Shown here in pieces: positions 55,388 to 64,000 of a stretch of DNA of 64,000 nt. A program made the position numbers and the translations under genes. Every line of letters begins with the position of its first letter. Positions within the stretch are counted from its first letter, which is position 1. The notes beneath the pieces are model-generated. The model was given only the letters and a program-made list of their open reading frames with translations. It ran no database searches and had not been told where the DNA came from. The stretch is from assembly GCA_041497315.1 (NCBI GenBank), contig JBGQGH010000002.1, forward strand, positions 4,270 to 68,269, given 5' to 3'. This DNA comes from Terriglobia bacterium (GTDB taxonomy: Bacteria > Acidobacteriota > Terriglobia > Acidiferrales > UBA7541).

Positions 55388-56515
55388 CTACGGATTGGCG
55401 AAATTGAGCAAACTATCCATCTCGTGACGGTGCTCGATGACGGGGACGTCGAGCGTCAATTTCCTGGAGCCGCGCAAGACTTCCATCTTTACGTGGTCGC
55501 CCGCCTGGCGCATGAATAACGTGTAGTAGAGAAGCGGGACGCTCTCCACCGGCTTTCCGTCCAGTGAGAGCAGGACATCCTGAATCTTCAGGCCGGCGGA
55601 TTCGGCGGGGCCCTCGGGCAAGACGTCGGTGACCACCACTCCGGAATCGCGCGAAAGGCCGAGGCCAGTGGCAATCGTGGGCGTGATGGTCTGGACGGCA
55701 GCGCCGATTTCGGGGCGATGGAGATGACCGAACTTGCGGAGTTGTGGGTAAGCCACCGAGACCACGCCGCTGGGAATCGCGAAGCCGAGGCCTTCGTTGC
55801 CGCCGGACTGCGAGAGAATCATGGTGTTGATGCCGACGAGTTCGCCGTTGACGTTGACCAGCGGCCCGCCGCTGTTGCCGGGATTGATGGAGGCATCGGT
55901 CTGGATGAAGACGAGAAAGCTATCGGGATCCAGTTGGCGCGCGACGGCGCTGACCACGCCCATGGTGACGGAGTTGCGCAGGCCCTCCGGGCTGCCGAAG
56001 GCGAAGACCACCTCTCCCTGGCGAAGATCGATGTATTTAGCGAAGGGAAGAGCAGGCAAGCCTTTAGCCTCGATCTTGATTACCGAGAGATCCAATTCGG
56101 TGTCTGTGCCGATGACGCGGCCTTCGACGACGCGTCCCTGGGCCGTGGCGAGCACGCTAACGGCAGTGTGATCCGTCATCGCCCCGGGGATGACGACTTC
56201 CAGGCGCTGCGCGTTATTCACGACGTGCGCGTTGGTGATGATGTAGCCGTCCGGGTCCACGATGACGCCGGAGCCGATAGCGCGCTGGCGTCCGATAACC
56301 ACGCCGGCTTCGCCGCGGCCACGTCCTTCAAGCGGCGCGTAGGCGGTGACGAGGATTTGCACGACGCTCGGAGAAACTTTCTGGACGAGGGCTTGCATCG
56401 AGCGGTTCAGTTCGCGCAAGGGATCATTGGCGGTGCGCTGCGCGGGGGCCTGGGCGAGGAGAGGAGAGAGTGCGCCACAGAGACACAGAGGCAAAGAGCA
56501 ACCTGGCTGAGGCAA
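55388..56515 (-). CDS. HtrA/DegP/DegQ-family serine protease (protease domain + PDZ1)
   Basis: Catalytic triad contexts ITNAHVV, D in TELDLSVIKI, and INPGNSGGPLVN, with PDZ1 following. TTG start. It terminates at TAG 55388-55390. Confidence 0.85.
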   Translation of the reverse strand: MPQPGCSLPLCLCGALSPLLAQAPAQRTANDPLRELNRSMQALVQKVSPSVVQILVTAYAPLEGRGRGEAGVVIGRQRAIGSGVIVDPDGYIITNAHVVNNAQRLEVVIPGAMTDHTAVSVLATAQGRVVEGRVIGTDTELDLSVIKIEAKGLPALPFAKYIDLRQGEVVFAFGSPEGLRNSVTMGVVSAVARQLDPDSFLVFIQTDASINPGNSGGPLVNVNGELVGINTMILSQSGGNEGLGFAIPSGVVSVAYPQLRKFGHLHRPEIGAAVQTITPTIATGLGLSRDSGVVVTDVLPEGPAESAGLKIQDVLLSLDGKPVESVPLLYYTLFMRQAGDHVKMEVLRGSRKLTLDVPVIEHRHEMDSLLNFANP

Positions 56516-56715
56516 ACAATGAAATTCGTTTGAAACTGTGAAGCGTCAGCACGATGGATCTCCTCTCGAGGCCCGGCTTATCGAGTCGCACGAAAGGCTA
56601 CCACAGAGGGGAGCGGGCGCACACCGGAGCGGCATGATGAGAGTGGAAGGAAAAAACCACACAGGCGGAAAGCCCTCCTGCGGCGGGCAGGCCTGTGCCA
56701 CTGAGAGAGCCCGGC

Positions 56716-59148
56716 CTATTCGTAGCGGAGAGCGATCATGGGATCCACGCGAGCGGCGCGGCGCGCGGGGATGTACGTGGCGAGCATGGCGACCAGAGCG
56801 AGAGCGCCAGCCATGACGAAAAAGACGACAGGATCGAACGCGCCGACTTCGAAGAGTTGACTCGAAAGCAGGCGCGCGAGAATCCACGCGCCGAGCAAGC
56901 CGAGGGCGGCGCCAAGACCCGCGAGACGCATTCCCTGCCCCAACACCATGCCCAAAACCTGCGAGGTCTGTGCGCCGAGCGCCACGCGGATGCCGATTTC
57001 CTGCGTGCGCACGGAAACGGAATAGCTGATGACTCCGTAAAGGCCGAGCGCGGCCATCAGCAACGCGACTCCGGCGAAAAATCCGAGGAGCGTGACGGCG
57101 AAGCGGCGCGGAGCGAGCGAGCAAGCGAGGAGTTCGTCCATGGTTTTCAGATCGTGGACGGGCTGCGCGGGATCAATGGAGCGGAGAGCTTCGCGGATGG
57201 GCCCGGCGAGGCTCGCGAGATTGCCGGAGGTTTTCAGAACGAGGAAGGTATTGGGGACGGGCTGCTGAAAGGTCGGATAGTAGCAAACGCCCTTTCCGGA
57301 ATCGCCCGTAAGCGCGGAGTGCATGACGTGGCCGACGACGCCGACGATGGTGGCCCACTTCGCGTTCGGGCCGCGGCGCACGCGCTGGCCGAGGGGATCC
57401 TGGTTGGGCCAATACTGCTTGGCAAGATTTTCATCGATGACGATGACGGGCTGTCCGCCGCGGCGATCCTGATCATTGAAGAAGCGCCCCTTCAGTAAGG
57501 GGATTTTCATGGCCGTGAAGTAGCCGGGCGAAATCCAGCGCAAATCGCTGTGCGGGCCGGGATCGCCGGGGCCCTCGGGACGGCCGTCAATCGAAAACGA
57601 AGCAGACGCGCCGGAGCCGGTGAATGGCAGAGGCGCGGCCTCGGCGGCGGCGGAAACGCCGGGAATAGCGGACATGCGTTCGACAAGCGCCTGGTAGAAC
57701 GCAAGGCGCTTTTCCGGTTCTTTGTATTGCGATTCGGGCAGCGCCAGCGCAGCCGTCATCACGCCGCGAGGGTCGAAACCGGGGCCGACGCGCTGAAGGT
57801 GGGCGAGACTCCGAAGAAAGAGACCGGCGCCGACGAGAAGGACCAGGGCGAGCGCGACTTCGCTGATAACGAGCGCGGAACGCGTGCGCTGGCGGCCGCG
57901 GCCGGCGGTGCCGGAGCGGCTGCCTTCCTTGAGCAGTTCGAACTGCTGGCTGCGGGAAACCTGCCAGGCGGGAATGAGGCCGAAGAAAACTCCGGCGACA
58001 ATGCCGATGAGAGCGGTAAAGAGCAGGACGTAACCGTCCGGATGAATCACAAGGCCCTGCGCGATGCTTTCCGGCGCGAGCCAGAGAAGCGCGCGAATCC
58101 CGGCGGCCGCAAACAACAGACCGAGGAGTGTGCCGGCGCCGGCGAGGAGAAAACTTTCGGCCAGCGTCTGGCGAATCAGATGCCAGCGCGACGCGCCGAG
58201 AGCAGAGCGCACAGCGAGTTCGCGGGCGCGGGCGGAGCCTTTGGCGAGCATTAGGCCGGCGATATTGGAGCAGGCGATGAGGAGAACGAAAGCGACCGCA
58301 CCAAGAAGAATGTAGAGCGGCGTCTTGAGGTCGCCGTAGGCGAATTCGGTGAGCGGCAGGATAAACATGCCCCAGGCGGATTCGCGGGAGTATGTGCCGA
58401 CACGGGGGTCGCTTTCTGCGGCGCGGCGGTTCAGCACCGGGAGGAAGGCTTGGGCCTGCCCGAGGGTCACATCCGGGCGGATGCGAGCGACCGCGAAATA
58501 ACTTTCGTTGAAACGGTTATCGGCTGCGTAGTCGGCCGCGGGCAGACCGAGGGGAACCCAAAGCTGAGCTTGTGGTGGCCAGTTGAATTCCGGGCCCATC
58601 ACGCCGATGACTTTGTAAACGAGCTGATTGAGCTGAATCGTTTTTCCAAGAATGGCGGGGTCGGCACCGAACAGGCGTTTCCAGGTTGGGTCGGAGAGGA
58701 TCGCGATGCGATTCGCGCCGGGCTGATCCTCTTCGGGCTGGAAGGCGCGGCCGAGGCGCGGCTTCGCGCCGAAAACTTCGAACCACTGCCAGGTGACGGG
58801 GGCGCCGAGAAGTCTTTCGGGCAGATCGCTGCCGGTGTAATTGAAGTCCGCTTCGTCGGCCATCGCCGCGGCCGAGAAAATCTGCTTGCTCTCGCGGACG
58901 TTCACGAAATCCGGCGCGGAGACGACGATGCTCTTCAGATTCAGCTTGTCGTATTTGACGCGCAGGGCGACGACGCGAATGGGGTCCGGGAGGCCGGGAG
59001 GATGAAGCACGAGCGCGTTCATCACGCTGAAGATGGCGGTGTTTGCGCCGATGCCGAGGGCGAGCGTGAGCACGGCCACGGCGGTGAAACTCGGACTCCG
59101 GGCCAGCAGGCGCAAGCCGTAGCGAAAATCCTGGCGAAGCATGCTCAT
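56716..59148 (-). CDS. duplicated FtsX/MacB-type permease of the acidobacterial duplicated orphan permease (ADOP) type
   Basis: MSMLRQDFRYGLRLLARSPSFTAVAVLTLALGIGANTAIFSV, two MacB_PCD + FtsX halves, and a C-terminal RAARVDPMIALRYE. Confidence 0.85.
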   Translation of the reverse strand: MSMLRQDFRYGLRLLARSPSFTAVAVLTLALGIGANTAIFSVMNALVLHPPGLPDPIRVVALRVKYDKLNLKSIVVSAPDFVNVRESKQIFSAAAMADEADFNYTGSDLPERLLGAPVTWQWFEVFGAKPRLGRAFQPEEDQPGANRIAILSDPTWKRLFGADPAILGKTIQLNQLVYKVIGVMGPEFNWPPQAQLWVPLGLPAADYAADNRFNESYFAVARIRPDVTLGQAQAFLPVLNRRAAESDPRVGTYSRESAWGMFILPLTEFAYGDLKTPLYILLGAVAFVLLIACSNIAGLMLAKGSARARELAVRSALGASRWHLIRQTLAESFLLAGAGTLLGLLFAAAGIRALLWLAPESIAQGLVIHPDGYVLLFTALIGIVAGVFFGLIPAWQVSRSQQFELLKEGSRSGTAGRGRQRTRSALVISEVALALVLLVGAGLFLRSLAHLQRVGPGFDPRGVMTAALALPESQYKEPEKRLAFYQALVERMSAIPGVSAAAEAAPLPFTGSGASASFSIDGRPEGPGDPGPHSDLRWISPGYFTAMKIPLLKGRFFNDQDRRGGQPVIVIDENLAKQYWPNQDPLGQRVRRGPNAKWATIVGVVGHVMHSALTGDSGKGVCYYPTFQQPVPNTFLVLKTSGNLASLAGPIREALRSIDPAQPVHDLKTMDELLACSLAPRRFAVTLLGFFAGVALLMAALGLYGVISYSVSVRTQEIGIRVALGAQTSQVLGMVLGQGMRLAGLGAALGLLGAWILARLLSSQLFEVGAFDPVVFFVMAGALALVAMLATYIPARRAARVDPMIALRYE

Positions 59149-59334
59149 GGCGGATCCCCCCCGCTCGATTGCAAGAGACTATACCTGTGCGCTCAAAAAT
59201 GGTTACGCGAGAACGCTGAGAATTGTTCCCCAGACGGGAATTGACAGAGCGCGAGCGCGTGAGACACGATGCGCGCCGATGGAGATTGCGGCAGGAGCGC
59301 GGACGACGGCATCCTGCGAAGCCTGAGCGTAGAG

Positions 59335-60237
59335 ATGAAGGCACTCATCCTGGTGAATCCAGTGGCGGGAGGCGGGCGCGCGCGGCGCGTGATGCCGGAC
59401 GTCGCGGCTTACCTGCGCGAGCAAGGATACGCCGCGGAGTTCGCGGAATCGCGCGATGGGGCGGACCTGGAACGGCGCGCGGGAAACGCAGCGCGAGCAG
59501 GTTACAACCCGATTGTGATGGCGGGCGGCGACGGCGCGGTGCAACACGTCGCGCGGGCGACGCTGGGAATGGGCGCGACGCTGGGAATCATTCCGCTGGG
59601 CGGAGGGAACGACGTCGCCGCGGCGCTGGGCATCCCGAGCGATCCGATCGACGCGGCGCATCTGTTGATTCGTGGGAAGGCGCGACCGATGGACGTGGTG
59701 CGCGTGCGGCTGGCCAGCAGAAAAGAAACGATCTACCTCGGCGGTGGAGGGATGGGGCTGGACGCGGAGTCCGCGAAGCTCGCGAATACTCGCTTCCGGA
59801 ATCTGCCGGGGCCGGCGCGGTACGTTGCGGGAGCGCTCTGGACGCTGAAACGGTTTCGGGCGTTCCGCGCCGAGATTACGCTCGATGGCGCGGCAGCGTT
59901 TCGAAGCGAGCCACTGCTTCTCGCCGCGGTGACGAACACGCCGTACTATGGCGGAGGGATCACCATCGCACCGGAAGCGCGCGTGGACGATGGCGTGCTC
60001 GACCTCGTGCTGGTCCACGCGATGCCGTGGCGGCGCCTGGTGGAATTGATTCCCGTGGCGCTCGCCACAGGACGCCTCGGCCCGCCGGAAATCCTGCGCT
60101 ACCGCGCGCGGCGGATCCGATTGAGCGCGGACCGGCCGGTTCTTTTTCACGGGGACGGCGAAGTTTTTGGGGAATCGCCCGTGGAACTGGAATGCCTGCC
60201 AGGAGCGATTCGCGTGCTCGCGCCACCAGCGCAGTGA
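59335..60237 (+). CDS. diacylglycerol/lipid kinase family protein (YegS/BmrU-like)
   Basis: MKALILVNPVAGGG, VMAGGDGAVQHV, and GIIPLGGGNDVA. The true start is the internal Met of the listed ORF. Confidence 0.85.
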   Translation: MKALILVNPVAGGGRARRVMPDVAAYLREQGYAAEFAESRDGADLERRAGNAARAGYNPIVMAGGDGAVQHVARATLGMGATLGIIPLGGGNDVAAALGIPSDPIDAAHLLIRGKARPMDVVRVRLASRKETIYLGGGGMGLDAESAKLANTRFRNLPGPARYVAGALWTLKRFRAFRAEITLDGAAAFRSEPLLLAAVTNTPYYGGGITIAPEARVDDGVLDLVLVHAMPWRRLVELIPVALATGRLGPPEILRYRARRIRLSADRPVLFHGDGEVFGESPVELECLPGAIRVLAPPAQ

Positions 60238-60249
60238 AGCGGCAGCGTG

Positions 60250-60612
60250 CTACTTGTCAGTCTTCTTCTTGTCCACTTTCAGGGTGATATCGATTTCCTT
60301 GCGGGTGTCGAAGCTGGATAGGGTGCGTTTGGAAGAGGTAAGGTCCTCGTGCTCGGCGTGGATTTGATAGTCCACGTTGGGATCGAGGCCGCTGAAACGG
60401 TAGCGGCCGGCGTCGTCCGCAATGCGGGTTTGCACAGCCTGCGTACGCGTATTCTTTAGAAAAACCAGGGCGGAGACGATGGGGTTTTCGTCCTTGTTCA
60501 CCACCGTGCCGTGCACCGTGCGCAATTTCGACTCGCCCTTCTGGGCGGAGACGGCGCCCGCACTCAGAAGAACGACGACGAGAAGTACGGCAACCCATTT
60601 GAGGGTCTTCAC
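60250..60612 (-). CDS. small secreted carboxypeptidase-regulatory-like (CarboxypepD_reg) domain protein
   Basis: Signal peptide, then VHGTVVNKDENPIVSALVFLKN...TRIADDAGRYRFSGL. Confidence 0.7.
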   Translation of the reverse strand: MKTLKWVAVLLVVVLLSAGAVSAQKGESKLRTVHGTVVNKDENPIVSALVFLKNTRTQAVQTRIADDAGRYRFSGLDPNVDYQIHAEHEDLTSSKRTLSSFDTRKEIDITLKVDKKKTDK

Positions 60613-61031
60613 TTTTTCTTACCTCCCGAGACCGACTTCATCCGAAAGACCAGATCGTGGCGGTCACCGGAGTCGGCCTGGATCTTCAGTTTCTGATCTT
60701 CAAAACCCTTGGCCTTGACGGTCAATTCGTACTCCACACCACGGGGTGCGTTCAAGGCGAATTCGCCGGCGCGATTGGTGGCGTTCTCCGCTTGAACTTT
60801 CTTTCCCCCGGCGCGACGAAGCTGAAGCAGCGCTCCCGGCAGTGTGAAGCCCTGCTCGGTAAAGACCGTGCCGAACAAGAACAGGTCGTTGGCGTGCTTG
60901 CCTTGCTTCGCCGGGTGACTCTGCGATTCTCCGGGAGGCGCCTGCGCGGGCGGAGGCGGCTGTTGAGCTCCTCCGAACGAGGGAACTCCCAGGCAGACCA
61001 CGAGGATAGCGGCGCTGAGGTTGATGCTCAT
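60609..61031 (-). CDS. small secreted carboxypeptidase-regulatory-like domain protein
   Basis: Signal peptide, then FGTVFTEQGFTLPGALLQLR...TNRAGEFAL...YELTVKAKGF. There is a 4-nt overlap with the downstream paralogue. Confidence 0.65.
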   Translation of the reverse strand: MSINLSAAILVVCLGVPSFGGAQQPPPPAQAPPGESQSHPAKQGKHANDLFLFGTVFTEQGFTLPGALLQLRRAGGKKVQAENATNRAGEFALNAPRGVEYELTVKAKGFEDQKLKIQADSGDRHDLVFRMKSVSGGKKK

Positions 61032-61088
61032 CCTGAAGGTAAGATGGCTCGGGGCGGGCTGGGGATGCCGGACAGAAAAAGAGGGGAG

Positions 61089-61325
61089 TTACTCGGCCTC
61101 CTCTTCTTCTTCCTCCTCCTCATCCAGCACATCCTTCTTCTCGTCCACTTTTTTCTCTTCGTCGTCTTCTTCGTCCTCGTCTTCGGAAATGACGTTGAGG
61201 TGAACGGGGTGGATTTGCACCACCTCGAGTTCGACTTCGCACTCCGGGCAACTCAGGATTTCGCCTTCTTCTACTTCGTCTTCGTCGACGTCAATTTCGG
61301 TAGCGCACTCCGGGCAGCGAACCAC
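61089..61325 (-). CDS. LysW-like zinc-ribbon protein with a long poly-acidic C-terminal tail
   Basis: GTG start at 61325 with GAGGAGG 8 nt upstream. VRCPECATEIDVDEDEVEEGEILSCPECEVELEVV resembles the LysW/ArgW CPxC...CxxC...LEVV core. The tail is ...EEEEEEEEAE. The listed 225-aa ORF is over-extended. Confidence 0.55.
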   Translation of the reverse strand: MVRCPECATEIDVDEDEVEEGEILSCPECEVELEVVQIHPVHLNVISEDEDEEDDEEKKVDEKKDVLDEEEEEEEEAE

Positions 61326-61487
61326 GGCGAAGACCTCCTCACGATGGGATCGAACCCGCTCGGGACAGGCGGTATTATATACCGCTGCCGCTGTCCATCG
61401 TGTACTGACTCGGGGAAGAAAACAAGCACTAGGTTTAATTGGTGATTCAATGGCGCGGACAGGGCGGCGCGAATCCCGGTTCCACTG

Positions 61488-61949
61488 ATGAGAAGCAAAC
61501 GCGAATATCCGGAGCGGCCCCTGGTGGGAGTGGGCGGCGTGGTCATCGCCAACGAGCGGGCGCTGTTGATCCGGCGAGGGAGCGAGCCGCTGAAGGGCGA
61601 ATGGTCCATCCCCGGCGGGATGCTGGAACTGGGGGAGAAGATTGCGGACGGGATCGCGCGGGAACTGAAGGAAGAGACCGGACTCACCGTTCTCGTGCTC
61701 GAATTCATCGAAGTGTTCGAACGGATCTTCCCGGATAGCAAAGAAGGCGGGCCGCCGCGCTATCATTTCGTGATTGTGGACTACCTCTGCGAGAAATTGG
61801 AGGGCGAGGCGCGGCCGGGGAGTGACGTCACCGACGTCGCCTGGGTACGAGAAGAGGAGCTTGGGCGGTATGGCGTGAGCCCGTCAGCAACCCGAGTGCT
61901 CAAAAAAGCTTTCGCGATGGCCCGCGAGCGAGGCACTTGCGCAAGTTAG
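61488..61949 (+). CDS. NUDIX hydrolase
   Basis: Nudix box GGMLELGEKIADGIARELKEETGL. Confidence 0.85.
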   Translation: MRSKREYPERPLVGVGGVVIANERALLIRRGSEPLKGEWSIPGGMLELGEKIADGIARELKEETGLTVLVLEFIEVFERIFPDSKEGGPPRYHFVIVDYLCEKLEGEARPGSDVTDVAWVREEELGRYGVSPSATRVLKKAFAMARERGTCAS

Positions 61950-62001
61950 TCTCGAGCCGGGACGCTTGGCGAAGAAAGACTCTGCCGGGAACCACCCGAG
62001 C

Positions 62002-63768
62002 TCAGCGCAGCCGCGCCCCCTTCAGGATTTCGATGTTCCCGCTGCTGTTGGTGAGGCGAAGTTCGCAGCCGCCACTGCCGAGCTTTCCGCTGAGCGCATC
62101 GCTCCCGATGCTTCCCGTCACAATGAGCGGCAATTCGCTGGTTACCTTGCCGAAAGAGGTGCGCGCGGCGACGTCGTAATTCGCGCCATCGGGGAGGTAG
62201 AGCCGGATGGGCGAGAACGAGGTTCGAATCGCGATGGCATTGCAGCCCGACCCGCCGGCAGATTTCGGCGCAACGCTGGAGACGGCCACGGCGCCATTCT
62301 GATTGTCCACGTCCACGGCGCCGGCGATGTCATCGAGTGTGACCGAGCTAAACGAGGTGCGCACGGTCGCGGAGCCTTTCACCGTGGAAACGTTCACGCC
62401 GCCGTTTGAGTTTTCCACCGTGAGCGCGCCGCCGATGCGCGTAGCGCGGACCAGTCCGAAGCTCGTTTTCACGTAGGCCTCCCCCTCCACGTCAGTGAGA
62501 GTGACGCCGGCGTTCCCGGAGACGACGCGCGCGCCGCGGCGAATGTCCGTCAACTCAATCGAGCCGAACGATCCGCGTACTTCCGCGGAGCCGGTGACTT
62601 TGCTGAGGCGGATCGCGCCGTTGGAATTGGTGGCGATGACGTTGCCTTCGATTCCGGCGGCGTCAATTTCGCCGAAGCTGGTTTTCAATTGCGCGGGGCC
62701 GTGAGCGTCGCGCACGTAAATCTTTCCGTTGGAATTATCCACTTCGACGGAGCCGGCGACGTCGCGCAGGTCTACCGCGCCAAACGTGGTGCGCACCGAA
62801 GCGGATTCCCCCACCTTGGTGCCGGTAATCCGCGCGTTGGATCCGGAGCAGAGGAGGCGCTTGCGCACATCGTAGAAGGTGATCGAGGCAAAGGACGTGG
62901 TGAGGTCTGCAATACCCTGAATATTGCGGGCGTCCACAGCTCCGTTGCCGTTGCGCACCGTCAGGTCGCCGCGAATATCGCTCGCGGTTACGGAGCCGAA
63001 GGAATTCGTGATGGTGGATGGGCCGCCGGCGTTCGTCAGGGTAACGTTGCCGTTGCTGTTCACGATTCCGGCGCGGCCGGATGCCTGGCTGGCGGCAACT
63101 TCGCCGAAACGATTGCGGAGATCGAGCGCGCCCTCGAGCTGCGTCACGTGGATGAAGCCGTTGCTGTTGGTGGCCGTAAGGTCGCCTGCGTTGCGCGTGA
63201 CCTCGATCCCGCCGAAGGAATTCTCCAGTCGTTGCCGCCCACGGCCGTCACCAAACGTCAGCGTACCGTGACTGTTGCGGATGTCCGATTCGGCTTTGAG
63301 TCCGGTGACGTTCACGCTGCCGAAACTGTTCTGGATGCGCAGCGGGGCGTTCTCCGGCATTTGAATGTCGTAATCCACGGCGAAGGATACGTGACCGCCC
63401 CGGCCGGAGAAACTGAAATTGCGCTCCGGGTATTCGGTGCGAACGAAGATCCCTGCGGCAGTCTGCTCCACCTTGATATTGATCTGGTTTCCGAACTCGG
63501 TGGCATCGTAGGGCGCCGAGATGGAGACGTGGATATTGGCCACAATGTTGACTTCGCGTTGGGGATGCGTGTGGATGGTGACGTCGCCCATGCGGTGGTT
63601 GATCTCGAGCGCTTGCCCGGCGGGCAGAGTGAGCGTCTTCTCGAATTTGCGCGTGTATTCCTGCTGTGGATCGCTGGCGGCGGACACGGCGCCGAAGAGG
63701 AGCCCGAGCAGCATTGCGCCTCGAATCAAATCAGAATATCGGGTGCGTCTCAACGAACTGGCTCGCAT
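62002..63768 (-). CDS. DUF4097-type repeat (putative adhesin/beta-helix) protein
   Basis: Signal peptide and more than 15 degenerate repeats of the form NSFGSVxVT...D(I/L)RN(S/G)(N/H)G. Confidence 0.7.
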   Translation of the reverse strand: MRASSLRRTRYSDLIRGAMLLGLLFGAVSAASDPQQEYTRKFEKTLTLPAGQALEINHRMGDVTIHTHPQREVNIVANIHVSISAPYDATEFGNQINIKVEQTAAGIFVRTEYPERNFSFSGRGGHVSFAVDYDIQMPENAPLRIQNSFGSVNVTGLKAESDIRNSHGTLTFGDGRGRQRLENSFGGIEVTRNAGDLTATNSNGFIHVTQLEGALDLRNRFGEVAASQASGRAGIVNSNGNVTLTNAGGPSTITNSFGSVTASDIRGDLTVRNGNGAVDARNIQGIADLTTSFASITFYDVRKRLLCSGSNARITGTKVGESASVRTTFGAVDLRDVAGSVEVDNSNGKIYVRDAHGPAQLKTSFGEIDAAGIEGNVIATNSNGAIRLSKVTGSAEVRGSFGSIELTDIRRGARVVSGNAGVTLTDVEGEAYVKTSFGLVRATRIGGALTVENSNGGVNVSTVKGSATVRTSFSSVTLDDIAGAVDVDNQNGAVAVSSVAPKSAGGSGCNAIAIRTSFSPIRLYLPDGANYDVAARTSFGKVTSELPLIVTGSIGSDALSGKLGSGGCELRLTNSSGNIEILKGARLR

Positions 63769-63769
63769 T

Positions 63770-64000
63770 TCAATCCTCCCGGATCACGGCTTCAAGCGTG
63801 CGCTGCTTCTCCTGATACATGGAGAGCAATTCCTGGCGCAGATGAGCATTCAAGGGATTCGATTGCTGGCCGCCTTTGCATTCAGCGATGGCGGCATCGA
63901 GGACGAGGATTTTCTCGCGATAGCTGGAGAGCAGCGGAGTCGAGGGGTGCTCGAGCTTCGGACCGGCCAGGGCGGCGAGTTTCTCGATCGATTTCTCGTA
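63770..64000 (-). CDS. hypothetical helical protein, C-terminal part (5' end lies outside the window)
   Basis: The minus-strand frame is open from the window edge (YEKSIEKLAALAGPKLEH...LRQELLSMYQEKQRTLEAVIRED*). Its stop lies 1 nt before the DUF4097 start, so the two look translationally coupled. Confidence 0.5.
   Translation of the reverse strand, partial: YEKSIEKLAALAGPKLEHPSTPLLSSYREKILVLDAAIAECKGGQQSNPLNAHLRQELLSMYQEKQRTLEAVIRED

Noticed and set aside
61326-61766. The upstream 147 aa of the listed 225-aa ORF 61089-61766.
   Set aside because: It is antisense to the Nudix gene and its promoter region and has nonsense-like composition. A GTG with a strong GAGGAGG SD at 61325 gives a compact LysW-like protein.

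Overview
This is a high-GC chromosomal segment. A hand-counted 100-nt core sample (27401-27500) is 64% GC. The gene content suggests an Acidobacteriota (Terriglobia-like) genome: a VWFA-related acidobacterial-type protein, an ADOP-type duplicated FtsX permease, small CarboxypepD_reg proteins and several LolA-fold proteins. This taxon call is an inference, not a database result. Most of the window is housekeeping in conserved syntenic blocks: ispE-prs-rplY-pth, rpsF-rpsR-rplI-dnaB, alr, PIN/TRAM(yacL-like)-ispD-ispF-(stand-alone GltX C-terminal domain)-rlmB, apt, acyP, a large GH35-like protein, bamA, a CPA2 antiporter, ada, ABC/LolA-like genes, ABC-F, mltG-ruvX, folP, ftsH-hpt-tilS, one tRNA(CAU), htrA/degQ, an ADOP permease, a lipid kinase, Nudix and a DUF4097 protein. 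Three stretches gave 51% GC in hand-counted 100-nt samples, and a fourth looks lower by eye. (1) 42.4-44.2 kb holds a tightly packed three-gene plus-strand cassette (DUF3467-like plus two orphan ORFs) between ruvX and an M28 peptidase. This is my best candidate for an undescribed accessory, possibly defence- or toxin-type, system. (2) 28.1-35.9 kb holds a cusCBA-type heavy-metal efflux operon led by a Cys-rich secreted ORF. It appears inserted between the permease and ATPase genes of a Lol/MacB-like ABC operon and is bounded by repeat elements. (3) 11.4-11.9 kb holds a DUF5063-like gene with an in-frame TGA at codon 5. (4) 52.9-54.4 kb holds a membrane module headed by an exported protein made of seven perfect 12-aa repeats whose DNA copies differ only synonymously. 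Other oddities are an in-frame TAG splitting a two-PDZ HtrA protease, a REP-like palindromic element family (3 copies), heptamer and ~96-bp direct repeats containing G7TG7, and an orphan LysW-like zinc ribbon with a poly-acidic tail. I saw no rRNA, CRISPR array, transposase or integrase. All family names come from motif recognition by eye and need HMM or BLAST confirmation.
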